Source: Malacoraja senta
Taxonomy: Eukaryota
Reading direction: 5' to 3'
DNA length: 64,000 nt
Assembly (NCBI GenBank): GCA_038087875.1
Contig: CM075989.1
Location: forward strand, 12,772,001-12,836,000
In this document: positions 11,651 to 24,605 of the stretch, piece by piece
How the letters are laid out: each line of letters begins with the position of its first letter
Position numbering within the stretch: the first letter of the stretch is position 1
Made by a program: the position numbers and the translations under genes
Notes under the pieces: model-generated
Seen by the model: the letters and a program-made list of their open reading frames with translations, nothing else
The model's database searches: none
What the model was told of the DNA's origin: nothing

Positions 11651-12174
11651 CTCATCCACTTGCATCTCCTCCAACCTCATCCACTGTATCCATTTTTTAA
11701 GATGGTCTTCATGGTTTAGGGAAGAGCTGTCAGAATAGCATAGACAAACAAGTGCATTCTGTGCTTGCGATGAAGGAAAGAATGAATGATTAGGATGGTG
11801 GAAAAATTGCCAGTCTGCACTGAGAGCTCCTTGAGTGTTGCTGGAGCTGCATCCAGACAGGTGAGGAGCATTCCCTCATACTGCAAATGTGCTGTTAATG
11901 GTGGGAATATTTTGGAATATCGGAAAATGAGTTAGTCGCCACAGGATATGCAGTCTCTGGCTTACTTTTATAATCACTGTATTAATGTGCCTATTCCATG
12001 GAATTTCCTATCATTTTATCTCTCTACCCCACTTGGGTCCCTAACCCCCTTTTCAACAAGTCAAACAGAATCTGTACAGAGAGAAGCAGAATATATTTGG
12101 TAAAGGGTATGACCTAAAACTTCTACTCTGTTTCTGTCTTCATAGCTGCTGCCTCACCTGAGAGTTTCCAATTA

Positions 12175-12322
12175 GGTTTGAAGGTTAATTGGCCAGTAAA
12201 AAATTGTAAATTGTCCCTAGTGTGTAGGATGGTGCTAGTGTACACTGATCGCTGGTCGGTGCAGACTCAGTGGGCTGAAGGGCCTGTTAACACGCTATAT
12301 CTCGAAAGTCTAAAGTAAAGTC
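12175..12322 (+). mobile_element. HE1-type (elasmobranch V-SINE) 3' half
   Basis: aggttaattgg...attgtaaattgtccctagtgtgtaggat...gatcgctggtcggtgcagactcagtgggctgaagggcctgtt... with a taaag tail, recognised from memory as HE1 SINE. Confidence 0.7.
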
Positions 12323-12395
12323 TGAAGATATGAAAAAGAACAAAATACATTTCTACTACTAATCAAAACTGAAAATATTTGGTATTTGTTCACAG

Positions 12396-13552
12396 AAAAT
12401 GCTGCAGAAATGCCATTTACGACATCCTTCAATAAAGCCACATATCCTGATCCTGGGCTAGTCCACAGCAGCAGCTTGCGCAAGAGGCATAAAAGTGCTG
12501 TGGAGCCAAGCTTAAAGGAACAGATGGTATGGGGAGGAAGGAACCGCAACCTTAGTGGTGATGTTTTTGCAGGGCTTATGTTGCACAGAAGAAGCGTGGA
12601 CAATGACCTCAGGGAGATTACAGATAAATTGGGTGCTGATGCCAAAATCTTATCAACAGCTTTACAATTGGCCACAAGGCCAAACACATTACAAATTGGC
12701 AAACCCAGGCACATGCTCAAACAGGAAAGTTTAATCCAAGAAAAGGAACTGAGTGACGAAGATGCTCCATTTGAATTGGATGAAACGTCAACTAATATGG
12801 AGGATAAAACAGATTCTCCTGCCATCTTTGATTTGGAAGATCTGGACAATGATCTTGATAATGCAAAGTCTCAAGGAAAATCTAATCAACACCGAAGGCA
12901 GCCACCCAAACAATTGCAAAGGAGTTTAAGTGCAGGAGCAGGGATCAAACCAGCAGAAAGAAAGGGAGTTCAAAGAGGCTATGACCCCCTTTCTCTTCTG
13001 GTTGCAGAAACTGATCAAGACCAAGACCAAGATGAAGACTATGATAAATGTTTCTCCACTCCTTTAGCCCATCGAAACTTGGCTGAAGAAATAGAGATGT
13101 ACATGGACTCCATGAATAGTCCTTTGTCAAGTCGCACACCTAGCATGGATTTCTCAAAGCCCGAGGAAGAAAGCAGTGCATCATTTAACACCAAAGTTAT
13201 GCCTGCAGTAAAAGGATCAAGGAGATCCAGCCTTCCATCAGGCTCACCCAGATCAGCAGGACTTTCACGCTCCAGAACATTTCAACCACAAGCAAATGTC
13301 AAACGAAGAGACAGACTATGGTCCTCACCATCATATTCTCCAAGTAGCAACAGAGGAGTTAGAGGTCGAGAGACAGGTAGAGCTTTGACCCTCATGTCTC
13401 CACCTCCGTTTAAATTGGACTCGTTATTGCCACCCACCTTTGATGTTTTAAAGCACAGTATGTTCTCAGCTGGGAAGGGAGTGGCAGAAAAGGCAAACAA
13501 GTGGTACACCAAGCTGGCAACATATGCTGTACCTATCAAGGAAAATGGCAAG
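12396..13552 (+). CDS. DENND4A: DENND4A large coding exon (1157 nt, phase 1-0)
   Basis: Core of ORF 12386..13606: RKRHKS, RNRNLSG, KLGADAKILS, YDPLSLLVAE, RNLAEEIEMYM, SAGKGVAEKA. Boundaries cacag| and AAG|gtagga. Confidence 0.95.
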
Positions 13553-13836
13553 GTAGGAAACTTTTTTATGGTAGAAGCAATTGTTCTTGTTTCCTTGAAT
13601 AAATAGCAAAACTCTTTAAAAGAGCCAGTGCAGGCACAATGAACCACATTCACTCCATCTGTGCTTTATAGCTCTGAGATTTGCACTAAGATTTTGCAAC
13701 TGTGTTATTGTCTCAAGCCATAACTTGGTTTGCTGTATTGGTTGTCTTTTTTTAAAAGCTCCTTAATCGCGAAGAATGAGTTGAAAAGGAGCTTCTGTTG
13801 TGGTCTAATATATAGAATTCAGTAAATGATTGAAAA

Positions 13837-14030
13837 ATGCTGGAAAAACTCAGCAGGTCAGACAGCATCTGTGAAGAGAAAACCAGTTAACGTTTCAACT
13901 CAAAGACCATTCATTAGAACTGAGAAAGGATCCTAGCTCTGAGGAAGGGTCTGCAGCCTGAAAAATCAACTCTAGTTTCTCTCTCCACACCTGCAGCCAG
14001 ACTCGCTGAGCGTTTATAATATTTGTTTTC
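13837..14030. mobile_element. Older PLE-derived fold-back element with degenerate hammerhead core
   Basis: Diverged head-to-head halves. Plus strand 13939-13967 reads CTGAGGAAGGGTCTGCAGCCTGAAAAATC. Confidence 0.6.
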
Positions 14031-14174
14031 AACTTTGTATTTCCAATTCCTTGATTATCAAATGCAGGGGGGGGGGGGTTCTGTATGCAAATACATTCCA
14101 GTAAGTGTTCTCCATGGGAGGAATACATAATCTCTAATATGTACAAACTTAATTTGCTTTAAATTTATTTTTAG

Positions 14175-14391
14175 GGATATTATTCAGAGAGAGATAATGC
14201 CACCTTTGCTGGAGAGCAGGATCCTGAAGCATCATCCTTGGATGAAGAGTGCTATGAAGATTCAGACAGATTAGCCTCCACCCAAGCTGGGAGCATGCCT
14301 GCAGGCGAGACCAAAGGATGGGGTGTGAGACAGGCTAGTATGGACAGCTCTGGAAATCACGATGGAACTCCTAGGCAACAATTACAAATTG
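14175..14391 (+). CDS. DENND4A: DENND4A coding exon (217 nt, phase 0-1)
   Basis: ttttag|GGA TAT...ATT G|gtaggt. Open frame; phases match both neighbouring exons. Confidence 0.8.
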
Positions 14392-15039
14392 GTAGGTAAA
14401 GTCTGGGGTGAAGACTTGGTCAAAGAAATGTCTGCGGAAGAAGAGTTCACCATCATGTCAGCTGTGACTTTGTTTAGATGGGAACAGATGCAGATTGAGG
14501 CCTCTGCTGAAGAATAATCAGGGTGTTTAATCTGAAATGCAAATTCTGCTTCTCTGCCACAGATGTTACATAATCTACTGAGTGTTTTCTGCATTTTTTA
14601 TTCTTATTTCAGATTTCCAACATCTTTAGTTCTTTTGTTTGTTTTCAGGTAAAATCTGGACATACTCTGCCAAGTAAAAATCTCAAAATATTTAAACTGG
14701 CATTACAAGCTGGCATTACCATAACAATGTGATATAAAATGCAAATTGATTATTAGTGGATTGTAACAAATGATGCTACACATTAAATCTGATAGGGCAA
14801 TTCCTAATTTTGATTCTCTTCATGTTAAATAAATTCAGGAAAGTTTCATGTGCGAAATGGCAAACTAAATTGCTAATGAAACTCAGTTTTTATATAAGAA
14901 ATGAAAAGTATACAAAATCTACCAGCTGCAGATGTATTCAACAGCATAGTTTAAATTTGTGTCACTGACCAGCGGTCTAAAGTAGTTAGACTGTAGAAGG
15001 CTGACAAGTCCTTTAATGACCTGTTCTGAAATGGACTCA

Positions 15040-15600
15040 AGAGAGTCATACAACACGGAAACAGCCCCTTTGACGCACTCGTCAATGCCAACCACAATGG
15101 CCATCTAAGCCAGTCCCATTTGTATATATTTGACCTATATCCCTCTCAACCTTTTCTATCCATGTACCTCTCCAAGTGTTATTTAATCACTTTCTCTGCC
15201 ATCACTATTTTCTCGCCTCAGTCACTTTCAGCTCGTTCCATATACATACCTACTTTGGGTGAAAAGGTTGTCCCTCAGGTTCCTTTAAATCTATCCCCTC
15301 TCACTTTAAGCCTATTCCCTCTAGTTTTTGATTTGCCAACCCTTGGAAAAAAGCTATATGCATCACCGTATCTATGCGCCTCGTAATTTTGTACACCTCT
15401 ATATGATTGCCCCTCAGTCCCCAATCCTCAACAAAAATAAAGAAAGGCCTGCCCAACCTCTCCCTATAACCCTCCCTCAAGTCTTGGCAACATCCTCATA
15501 AATTTTCTCTGTGCTATTTCCAGCTTAATGGCACCATTCCTATAGCAAGGTGACCAAAATTGAACATAATTCTCCAAGTACTGCCTCACTAATATCAATT
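15040..15600 (-). mobile_element. CR1-type LINE 3' fragment
   Basis: Reverse CR1 3' end (agagtcatacaacacggaaacag...ggtgaccaaaattgaacataattctccaag). Confidence 0.7.
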
Positions 15601-15715
15601 GTACAACATGCAAATTGGGTGATTGTTCCTTTAAAAGCCTGATAACGTGGGACTCCGTTTTTAAAAAATGCGATGATTAATTTATAATTCTATTTCTGAT
15701 TCTGTTTGTATTCAG

Positions 15716-15822
15716 GCAGTGCTCAGTCAGCAAGTTCCAACTTTCCTTTGCCAGACAAATCAGATGTTGGATCTTCTCGATATACAAGCAGCACCAGCAT
15801 CTTCCAGAACTATGCCATGGAG
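15716..15822 (+). CDS. DENND4A: DENND4A coding exon (107 nt, phase 1-0)
   Basis: ttcag|...[13 protein letters not shown]|gtaacc. Confidence 0.9.
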
Positions 15823-15944
15823 GTAACCTGAGCTTGTCATGCAGTTGTCTCATGTATTGTCACTTCTGTTTAAAAGCAAATGTAGCTTGTGCTTATAGAA
15901 GAGTGACTTTGGTTTACCCACACAGTAAACTTAAGCTATACGGT

Positions 15945-16550
15945 GGGCTTGCATTCATTGGTCAAGGCATTGTGTATTACAATCATGAAATCATGTTGTA
16001 GCTTTATTAAACTTTGGTTAATTGTGTTTAGAGTATTGTGTTCTGGTTGCCCCATTAAAGGAAGGATGCAGCTGCATTGAAGAGGTTGCAGAAGAAATTT
16101 ACCAGTAAGTTGCTTGGATTAGAGGGTATTAAGTAGAAGGAGCTGTTGAACAAACTTGGATTGTTTTCTATAGAGTATCGGAGGTGAGGGGAGATTTGAT
16201 GCAGTATATAAAACCATGAGCTACAAAGATAGGGCAGCTAGTCAAAACGTTTTTCCACGGGAGAAATGTAAAAAGCCTAGAGGCCATTGTTTGAAGGACA
16301 GAGGGAAAGTTTAAAGCAGATGTGCAGGGCAACATTTTTACACAAACTGGTGGGTGCCTGGAATGTGCTGCCAGTGGTGGTGGAAGTAGATAAGACAGTG
16401 GTGATTAAGAGGCTTTTAGAGAGGCTAATGGATATATAAGGGAATCGAGGGATATGGATCACGTGCAGGCAGGGCACATTAAATTGGCATCATGTTTGGC
16501 ACAGACATGGGTTGAAAGGCCTGTTCCTGTGCTGTACTATTCCATGTTCT
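15945..16550 (+). mobile_element. CR1-type LINE 3' fragment (sense)
   Basis: Degenerate CR1 ORF2 end and 3' UTR (gagtattgtgttctgg...gaaaggcctgttcctgtgctgtactattccatgttct). Confidence 0.7.
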
Positions 16551-17521
16551 ATCAGAATGCAAGTGTGTTGAAAGGGAGTATAACACTATCACAACATATT
16601 TCAGAGCTGATGAGGAGCAGTTTAAAATGTGGATTTGGACAGGCTTTCCAAAATGGGGAGAATATAAACAAAGCATAAGGGAGTTCAAAGAGCAGGACCC
16701 AAGAGACTGAAAGCTCTGGCATCGAGTGGGTCAGCAGGAGTGAGGGAACTACTGGAGACCTAGTTTGAGTGAACCAGCACATTGAGCTAGAGTAGTTCCA
16801 GAGGTGGCATGGCCCAAGGATGTAGAGACATTTAGAAGGATTTTAAACTCGGAATATTGGCAATGATGGGTGTGAGGCAAGCGCAGCCTGTCTGTGTTTT
16901 GGAGGTTTATGAGAACAGTATTGAAGAAGCCGAGTCTTTTAAGGTGGTCAAGGCGTAGATAAGGTTCTAAGCGCTGAAGGGCTTAGATGGGAGAAGGAAT
17001 TGTGTTTTCTTTTCATGCATTTTGGGAACTCAGCATTACTGTCATGGCCAGCTTTTATTACCCATCCCTAGTTGCCCTTGAGACAGTGGTAATGCCCCTG
17101 TGGTGACGAAGGATGGGAGATTTATTTCCAGGTTTGCACAATGTATGACTTGAAGGGAGCCTTTTTGTTTTTAGATGCTGATGGTTTGAGAATTTCTGTT
17201 GTAATCAGGGTGAACAACTGCAGTGCATTTTGTAAATGATATTGATGGAGGAAATTAACTTTTAGAGTGGTTGGTGGAGTGCCAATCAATGGGTTGTTTT
17301 GTCTTCGATGGTGTAAAGCTTCTTGGAGTAGTTCATGTCACACTCCTCTAGAAGTCAAGTGAAGAGTATTCCATCACATTCCTAACGTCCATAAACATGG
17401 TGGAAGGCCTTTGGGAGTGAGTCATTCACTGCCTCTGACCTGCTGTTATATTAATACCACAATATTCATGTGGCTATTACAGTTGAAATTTTGGTCAATG
17501 GTGACCCCCAAGATATTAGTT

Positions 17522-18085
17522 CAATGATCCAATTATACTTTATTGTCATATGTACCCAGCCACAGTGAAATTCTTGTTTTACATACAATCCGGTAAAATC
17601 AAACTATAGATAACCACGATCATAGATAAATACAAATGCGTAATGATGTCGTGTGTTTGTAGGCAGTATCCAAATAGTCACCACGTTTCTGGCACCAACT
17701 TGTGCCTTTCAAGTTTCAAAGTTGTTAATAGTACAGAGTCTTATCTTAAAGACCCATTGCCCTGACGGCAGCACTGGGTTGGTGTAGCAGGGGTTGACCT
17801 GGCCTGGTAATGCTCAACTCAGTAGAGCTTCCAGTGGCGCCCAATCCATGCGATCCCCTGGTTGCTGCAGGGCCTCTTGTGGACCACTTCGCTGACACCT
17901 CGACCCACGAACGCACGGGATGTGTGCCCTGAGCCCGCTCACCGATCCGCTCCTCTGTCCGCAGCCATCTTGAAATCGGCCCTTTGTCCAGCGTCCATCT
18001 CAGTCACTGACTCCCTCCACCCTACTCACCGTTTCCTGGTCTTCTGGGTCGAGCCGGGACCTTCTAGCCGTGCATGGCTCGCCAT
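17522..18085 (-). mobile_element. Non-autonomous retroelement with Rex1/L2-like 3' tail and GC-rich body
   Basis: Reverse tail tactttattgtcatatgtacc...cagtgaaattctt, followed by a CpG-rich segment at ~17830-18080. Confidence 0.5.
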
Positions 18086-18529
18086 ATCCAGTGAAGATAG
18101 AAGTGGGGAACTTAGCCATAATCGTGCCATTGACTGTTCAGATTCTTAAGGGTCATTAGACTCCTGTTGGCAATAGTTGTGCCTAGCATTTTTGTGGAGA
18201 GAGTTGATTGCATTTATCATTTCATGCCTGAATATCATCCAAGTTTGCTACATGTACACATGGGATGCTTTATTGGCAGAGAAATTACGAATGGAATTTA
18301 ACATTATGCAATCATCAGCATCTGGCTCTTACATCCTGATTTCTAGGGCAAGAACACTGCTGGGCACAACACCACCTAATCATTTTTTATCTTTCAGATC
18401 CCAGATATCTTCCTTCCATTTAAAGCAGGTTCTCCTTAATTGCCAAGGATAATAGAGTGCCACATCTAATATTTTACGTCTGAGTCAGTGTTTTTTAGAA
18501 CAGATGGAAGAATAATAATATAAAATTTG

Positions 18530-19915
18530 ATTCTGATTAGTTTAATGTCCTGTACACGAGGGTGGCAATGAAGCTAGCAGAATAAACAGTACGTATATAG
18601 TAATAATAAATACAACAATAATACAATGGCGAGTTCAGGACAGCAGAATGATGCAAGAGTGTCTTGTAAAATCTGAGTAATGCAAATGAATATTGAAATA
18701 CAATAACAGATAATTAAATGAGGTAGAGTTAAGAGTACGTGATAGCACCTCCAGGAATGGGGAGTAAAAGAGGTGATTGGTACAGGAGTCAGAGTAGTGG
18801 GGAAGAAGTGTGGATATCCGAGCTTTCAAGCTCATGTACTTTCTCCCAGAAGCTAGAAGAGAGAAAAGGGAATGGCCAGGGTGGCAGGTGTCCTTGATGA
18901 TACTTAAAGTCTTCCTGATGCAATGTACAGTGAAGGAGGACTAGATGGTAGGATGTGACAAGCATGTGATAGAACGAGCTGTGTTCACCACTCTTTGCAG
19001 ATTCAAGCAGTCAAGAGCAAGACTAGTTGCCATACCAGGCTGAGATGCATCCTGCCAGATTACTTTCTATAACACATCTGGAGGTTCAAGAATCCTTGTG
19101 GATGTTAAATCTTCATAAATATCTAAGGAAGTGAATGTGTTGATGCACTTTCTTGATCACCACATCAGTGTAAAGGGACCAGGTTAGGTTCCTGGCGACA
19201 AGGGAACAGGTTCAAGGATCTGACTAGTAGCACAGAGAAAGACACACTCGTCTGTTTAGTTACAAATCAGATTTATTGGCAAGAGAGAGAACAAAAACAA
19301 TACTTGTTTTGGTATGCGCGGGGTCTGTTTTACAGCAGCACACCTCTCTCTCTCTCTCTCTCTCTCTGCCTCCGCCTGCGGTGCTGATCACGACCCAGCC
19401 CATCGGTGAACCTCTCTAGTACAAGAACTAACTCCTGGCTTACCGGTGCCTGCTTTTATACCGGCAGGAATCAGCCATTGAAAATAACCGCCGTTAAGTC
19501 CTGGCCAATAGCACCGCTTCCAAATTCAAAATGCTTCCGGCCGCAGATTTGGCGCGCAAGGCAATACACACAATGCTACCTGCCACAGTACGATGAAGCT
19601 TTAAACATAGCGCTACCGGTCACAGTGTTATGAGGTTTTAAACAGCGCTGCCACCTACAGTGCTATCAGCCACGGACTGTTTGGGGGGAAAACTCTTATT
19701 ACATATGGATACCAAGGAACTTGAGGCAGTCAACTATCTCTACAACAGCTCCGTCGATGAGGACGTGGTTGTGTTCATCCCCTCGCTTTCTTGTCAACAA
19801 CCAACCCTTTTGTCTTGCTGGCATAAAGGAAAAAAGTTCTTGTCCTAATACTGAGTCTAAGTACTTGATCTCTTTCCTGTACTTCATCTCGTCGTCATAG
19901 ATCTGGCCGACTGAA
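18530..19915 (-). mobile_element. Rex1/Babar-type LINE fragment interrupted by an LTR-like insertion
   Basis: ORF 19699..19962 (VLIDGAVVEIVDCLKFLGIH) and the downstream sequence resemble the Rex1 copy at 53616-54677. Confidence 0.7.
19193..19703 (-). mobile_element. Probable solo LTR nested in the Rex1 fragment
   Basis: Minus strand starts TGTAAT (19703), has TATAAAA (19454-19460), then (GA)n, AATAAA (19272-19277), and ends ...CA. It interrupts colinear Rex1 sequence. No TSD recognised. Confidence 0.55.
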
Positions 19916-20061
19916 ACAGAGGGAGGTAACCAAGAGAAATAGTAGTCAGTACTTCCTTGCATTTTTCTACATAACTATATTCCATGAAATCAGAGTTTCT
20001 TTTTGATTGATTCAATGAAACAATAGTCTTTTTTTTAAGTGCTGCTTGTTCATATTTCCAG

Positions 20062-20237
20062 ATTCTTATCTCCAGCTGTTCCCGATGTCGAACTTGTGAC
20101 TCACTGGTATACGATGAAGAAATAATGGCTGGCTGGACAGCAGATGACTCTAACCTCAACACGAAATGTCCGTTCTGTGGCAACTTGTTCCTTCCTTTCC
20201 TCGGAATTGAAATCAAAGATCTACGAGGACCGGGCAG
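20062..20237 (+). CDS. DENND4A: DENND4A coding exon (176 nt, phase 0-2)
   Basis: [40 protein letters not shown], the conserved Cys-rich DENND4 motif. Boundaries ttccag| and AG|gtaatt. Confidence 0.95.
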
Positions 20238-20545
20238 GTAATTTATTTCTGATGCCTGATGTAGAATACAAGTGAATTTATGCTTTATTGTGTTTGAGTG
20301 AAGATTGGTAATGTGAGTGCGTGGCCTCAAAGAGTGCATGCTTCAGTCCAGTGTGTTTCTTTTGAAAGCTTATGTGTTGAACGGAGTCAAAGAAACAACT
20401 TAACGGTGACAATCGAATCAAACTGCCCCACCTTCAGCTTTTCATGTTGGGCTTTCTTCCCATGTCATTTTGCTCATTCATAACTGATCATTTTCTAGAA
20501 TTTAATTAATCAAAGAAAGTATACTATTTTATTTTATTTTATTAG

Positions 20546-20716
20546 GTATTTTCTGAAATCCAGTGCATCTGCAGAAAATGTACAGAATTTGCAGTCCATG
20601 CAGTCTTGCCGAGGAGTTAAGAACTTCACGGTCTCCCCACCTCGCCTGGATATGAACGATGACAACAAGCCTCACTCTCCAAGAATTACAGTGCAGGAAG
20701 TTCCAGACATGCAAGG
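20546..20716 (+). CDS. DENND4A: DENND4A coding exon (171 nt, phase 2-2)
   Basis: attag|G TAT TTT CTG AAA TCC AGT = (R)YFLKSS. Donor GG|gtaaat. Confidence 0.85.
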
Positions 20717-21689
20717 GTAAATGTCAGGCTCTTGGCAAAACTCATCTTGTTCCTTCATCCTTATCAAACCTACAACTCGGCTGTATGATTTTATGGTTGT
20801 AACTTAGGGATCTGTGGATTTGTGTCCCCATATTTCAACAAAAGCTCTTCAGTTGTGCAGAATCAAACACAATCATTGTGAGTCTCTTCTGCACCCTATC
20901 TCAAACCCACCAATCTTTCCTAGAATATGGCAAACATAGCTGAAGGCAATTATGCAGTAATGGCCAAAGCAATGTTTTATGAACTTCCACCATGACTGCC
21001 TTGCTCTTGTGCTTATTGCCCTTATTTATCAAGCCCAGGATCTTGTATGCTTTTTAACCACTTTCTTGAACTGCTATCATGTCATTATTTTATTGTTGTT
21101 AGAGGGAGCTTGCTGTACAGAAATGAATTGCAATTTGTCTTGTATTACAACAATGATTATACTGGAAAAGTTCCTTGCTGCCTGTAATACACTTTGAGAC
21201 ATCCCAAAGATGAGGAATGCATTTAATTCAGAAGTTTTAAAAAGCTACATAACCTTTCCATAACAAAGAATGTCAATTCTCAACTTGTACTATGATGCCA
21301 CACTCACGCTTTTAATTGTTGTACCACTCACCTCTGGACACTGAATAAGGAGCCATGTGCTCTCTCAGTCTAGACTTCTCGATTGAACTTCTCTGTCCTG
21401 AGTTACGTGATAGTTCTGAGTACTTTTCCAAAATACTTAATTTGTTCTGCCGTGTACCCTATTCTGACCAACCTGACCATATTTCTGAAGGATTATAGCA
21501 AAGATTGATGTAGAGCATTGTTTGCATATTTTCCCTACCTGAGTTGGTCATTGCATTGCAATAAATGTAAGACCACGTGTCGGAGGAAAGTCTGGTCAAT
21601 TGTCAGAGAGCTTTGGAGACCTTGATTCCCAAGCTCATACATTTGTGTCAGTGTTTGTGTTCATTGCACATAGGTCTCAAATACATAAT

Positions 21690-22310
21690 TTTCTGAAAGT
21701 GGCAACACAAATATACAGGGTGGTGAAGAAACCATTGGCATGCTGACCTTCATCAATCAAGGCATTGAATACTAGTTGAGATGTCATGCACAACTCTACA
21801 AGATGTTGGTGAGACCATACCTGGAGTATGTTGTACATTCCTGGTCACCCAGCTATAGGAAGAATGTAATTTAGCTGGAAACTGCAGAGAAGATTCACAA
21901 TTATGTTGCCAGGATGGAGGGCTTGCATTTCAAGGAGAGATTGTATTGGTTGGGATTTTATTCCCTAGTGTATAGGAGACTGAGGGGTAACCTTATTGAG
22001 GTATATTAAATTATGAAGGTTTAGATAAGATGAATGATCACTTTTTCTCGGGGTATGAGAATCTAAACCTAGAGGACATAGATTTATAATGAGAGGGGAA
22101 ATGTTTTCTACATAGACGGTATATCCTTATGCCACTTTGAGAACAAGCTGCCGGAGGAAATGGTAGAGACGGCTACAATTATAATGTTTAAAAGACATTT
22201 GGACAGGTACATGGATTGGAAACTTTTAGACGGAAATCGACTTGATGCAGGTAAATGGTTCTAGCTGAAGTAGATAACTTAGTTGGTGTGGCCGAAAGGC
22301 CTGTATCCCT
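21690..22310 (+). mobile_element. CR1-type LINE 3' fragment (sense)
   Basis: ctgaaagtggcaacacaa...ctggagtatgttgtacattcctggtcacc...ggccgaaaggcctgt. Confidence 0.7.
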
Positions 22311-22399
22311 AAGTAATAACTTTGACTCTAGTATTAATCAGGATTTCATTATAAGAATTGAAATGAGCAATTTATCCATCAATATCTATTTCTTGTCAG

Positions 22400-22598
22400 T
22401 TGTGTCCAGCCTTCTTCACCAAGAAGTATTCAGATTCCTTCAGATCGATGGCGTGGGATCAGTGAGTCCTTTCCTTTGGGCCAGCCGATAGCAAGAAGCA
22501 TCAGTGGATACAGCTGCATGGCTGAGGAGTCTGGTCCATGGCGTCACGTCCACACTGTTCCAACAGGCAGCTTGCCCACTAACCTGAATGATTCAAAG
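22400..22598 (+). CDS. DENND4A: DENND4A coding exon (199 nt, phase 2-0)
   Basis: RSIQIP...PIARSIS...TGSLPTNL. Boundaries tgtcag| and AAG|gtatct. Confidence 0.9.
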
Positions 22599-22960
22599 GT
22601 ATCTGGAGTAATGTCATGTCATTTTGGAAACTGAAGATTTAAAAAAAACTAAGTGGAAAAACTTAGTTCATTTTGCCACCACATATTGGAATAGTGCATG
22701 ATTATGGCTGTAGACAGAGTTAAAGATATGGAGCAGGAGCAGTAATGGGCAAGGAGCATCTATAGATGGTGCTTTTTATTCAAATAATTTCATGTTTGTC
22801 ACTTACTGTAAATTTAAAGCTAGTCAGAAAAATTGATGTTTAACGGATCTGTTCAAATTTCTTGATGAGTTTTTCAGAATGTTTAATTTTCCAGCAGAAT
22901 GATTTTCTGAAGAGACTGGCATGGAATAAATTTCACCACCACTGTTATTCATTTTTCAAG

Positions 22961-23215
22961 GATCCATTGGACTTGGAATGGCAGTTAACCCATCCTGACC
23001 CTATAACAGTCCCATACCTGAGCCCCTTAGTGTTGTGGAAAGAGCTGGAAAGTTTGCTCGAGAATGAAGGTGATCAAGTGATATCCATGGCATCATTTGT
23101 GGATCAGCATCCAATAGTGTTCTGGAATTTGGTGTGGTATTTCCGTCGGATTGATCTGCCCACCAACTTGCCTGGACTTGTGCTAACTTCAGAACACTGC
23201 AACAAAGGTGTGACG
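22961..23215 (+). CDS. DENND4A: DENND4A coding exon (255 nt, phase 0-0)
   Basis: DPLDLEW...[22 protein letters not shown]...[18 protein letters not shown]. Donor ACG|gtaagc. Confidence 0.97.
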
Positions 23216-24487
23216 GTAAGCCATCGGTAGGAAAAGCTCTTGAGTGTTGCCTTATGTTCATTAGGGGCTTGCATTGACTATGAAAGAGAAAATGCGCAAA
23301 AGCCAAGCAGAAGTGATACTGATCCTGATTGCATTGTTAATTCACTTGCACCTCATCAGATAATGATAGCAAAACCCAGGTAACATTCGGACTTGGCCAT
23401 TGTGGCACGTAACACTTGAACCACTCAAATAATAGACGATAGTATTCTCGAGAAAGGAAGAATTTAGCTACCTCCTTTTGAAGTTTTAATGTAGTACTGT
23501 CAGTTTCACAGGATCACGAGTGGCCAGACACCATAAATCCTGTGACCGATAAGAGTATTTGGATTCCCCTAAATCTCTCCACTCAATGATAAGACTCAAC
23601 AATGCTCTCTACTTCCCTGGATGAATGCAATTTCAACCATATTGAAGCTTGACGTCATCCAGAATTAGAAAGAATACTTGTTTAGTGTCCCATCCAGCAA
23701 CCTGAACATACATTCTCTGGACCACTGGCACACCATAGCCATAGTGTATATTATCCATTAATACTATGCCGCAACATGGTAGCAAATACATAGGAACATG
23801 GTGGCAATCTGATTTATAAATATATCTCATATTGTTGGATATGTCCTTGAACTCCCTACCTATTGACAGTGAGAGCACCTCGACCAGAAGCACAGACTCA
23901 GGAGAGTTGCCCAGCACCATGTTCTCGAGGGTAATCAATGAGTAGTACCAAACACTAGTCTTGCAACCATGTCCACATGCAATTAATTATTTTTTAAATG
24001 ATGTGCAGCACACTATTTAAGAATTGTCACTTCTACCAGTCAAGAGTAAATATGTAAGCCTCAGTTCTGCTTTCCTTCGTTAATTGTATCCCAAGTGTGG
24101 AAGAATCATGTCTGTAATTGGACAAATAGATTAATAGGTTCATAGTGCTAAAAATTCAAGCTATATGAAATCTATTCAACAGCAGACAATTAATTGTAAG
24201 TAAACGTGCAGAGCAACGACTCCACTTTCTGCTAGCACTGACTAATTGCTGCAAAGGCACTATCTGACTTCAACTAGATTTAGGTTGAGTCCCTTGCTGA
24301 TACATGTCAAACTGCACAATGTGCAGCTCTGTTGATCCCATTAAGGTTACCCAGTTCCATCCCATAATCATAGATTGTTGTATTTGACATAATCATTTAT
24401 AGATGTTAATGTGTTTTCTTTGAGTTGAGAAGTGTTGCAAGGTTTGTGCTCAAACCTCTGGCATGCATTAATGATGCTGTTTCACAG

Positions 24488-24605
24488 ATCCCTCGAAGTT
24501 GGATGTCAGAAGACAGCAAACACGTCCTGATTCAAATGCTGTGGGACAATCTGAAATTGCATCAAGATCGCAGCCAACCTTTCTACATCCTCTGGAATGC
24601 TAAGA
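24488..24605 (+). CDS. DENND4A: DENND4A coding exon (118 nt, phase 0-1)
   Basis: [27 protein letters not shown]. Boundaries ttcacag| and A|gtgagt. Confidence 0.95.

Noticed and set aside
12310-12849. 179-aa minus-strand ORF (also 13282..13653)
   Set aside because: Antisense shadows of the large DENND4A exon.
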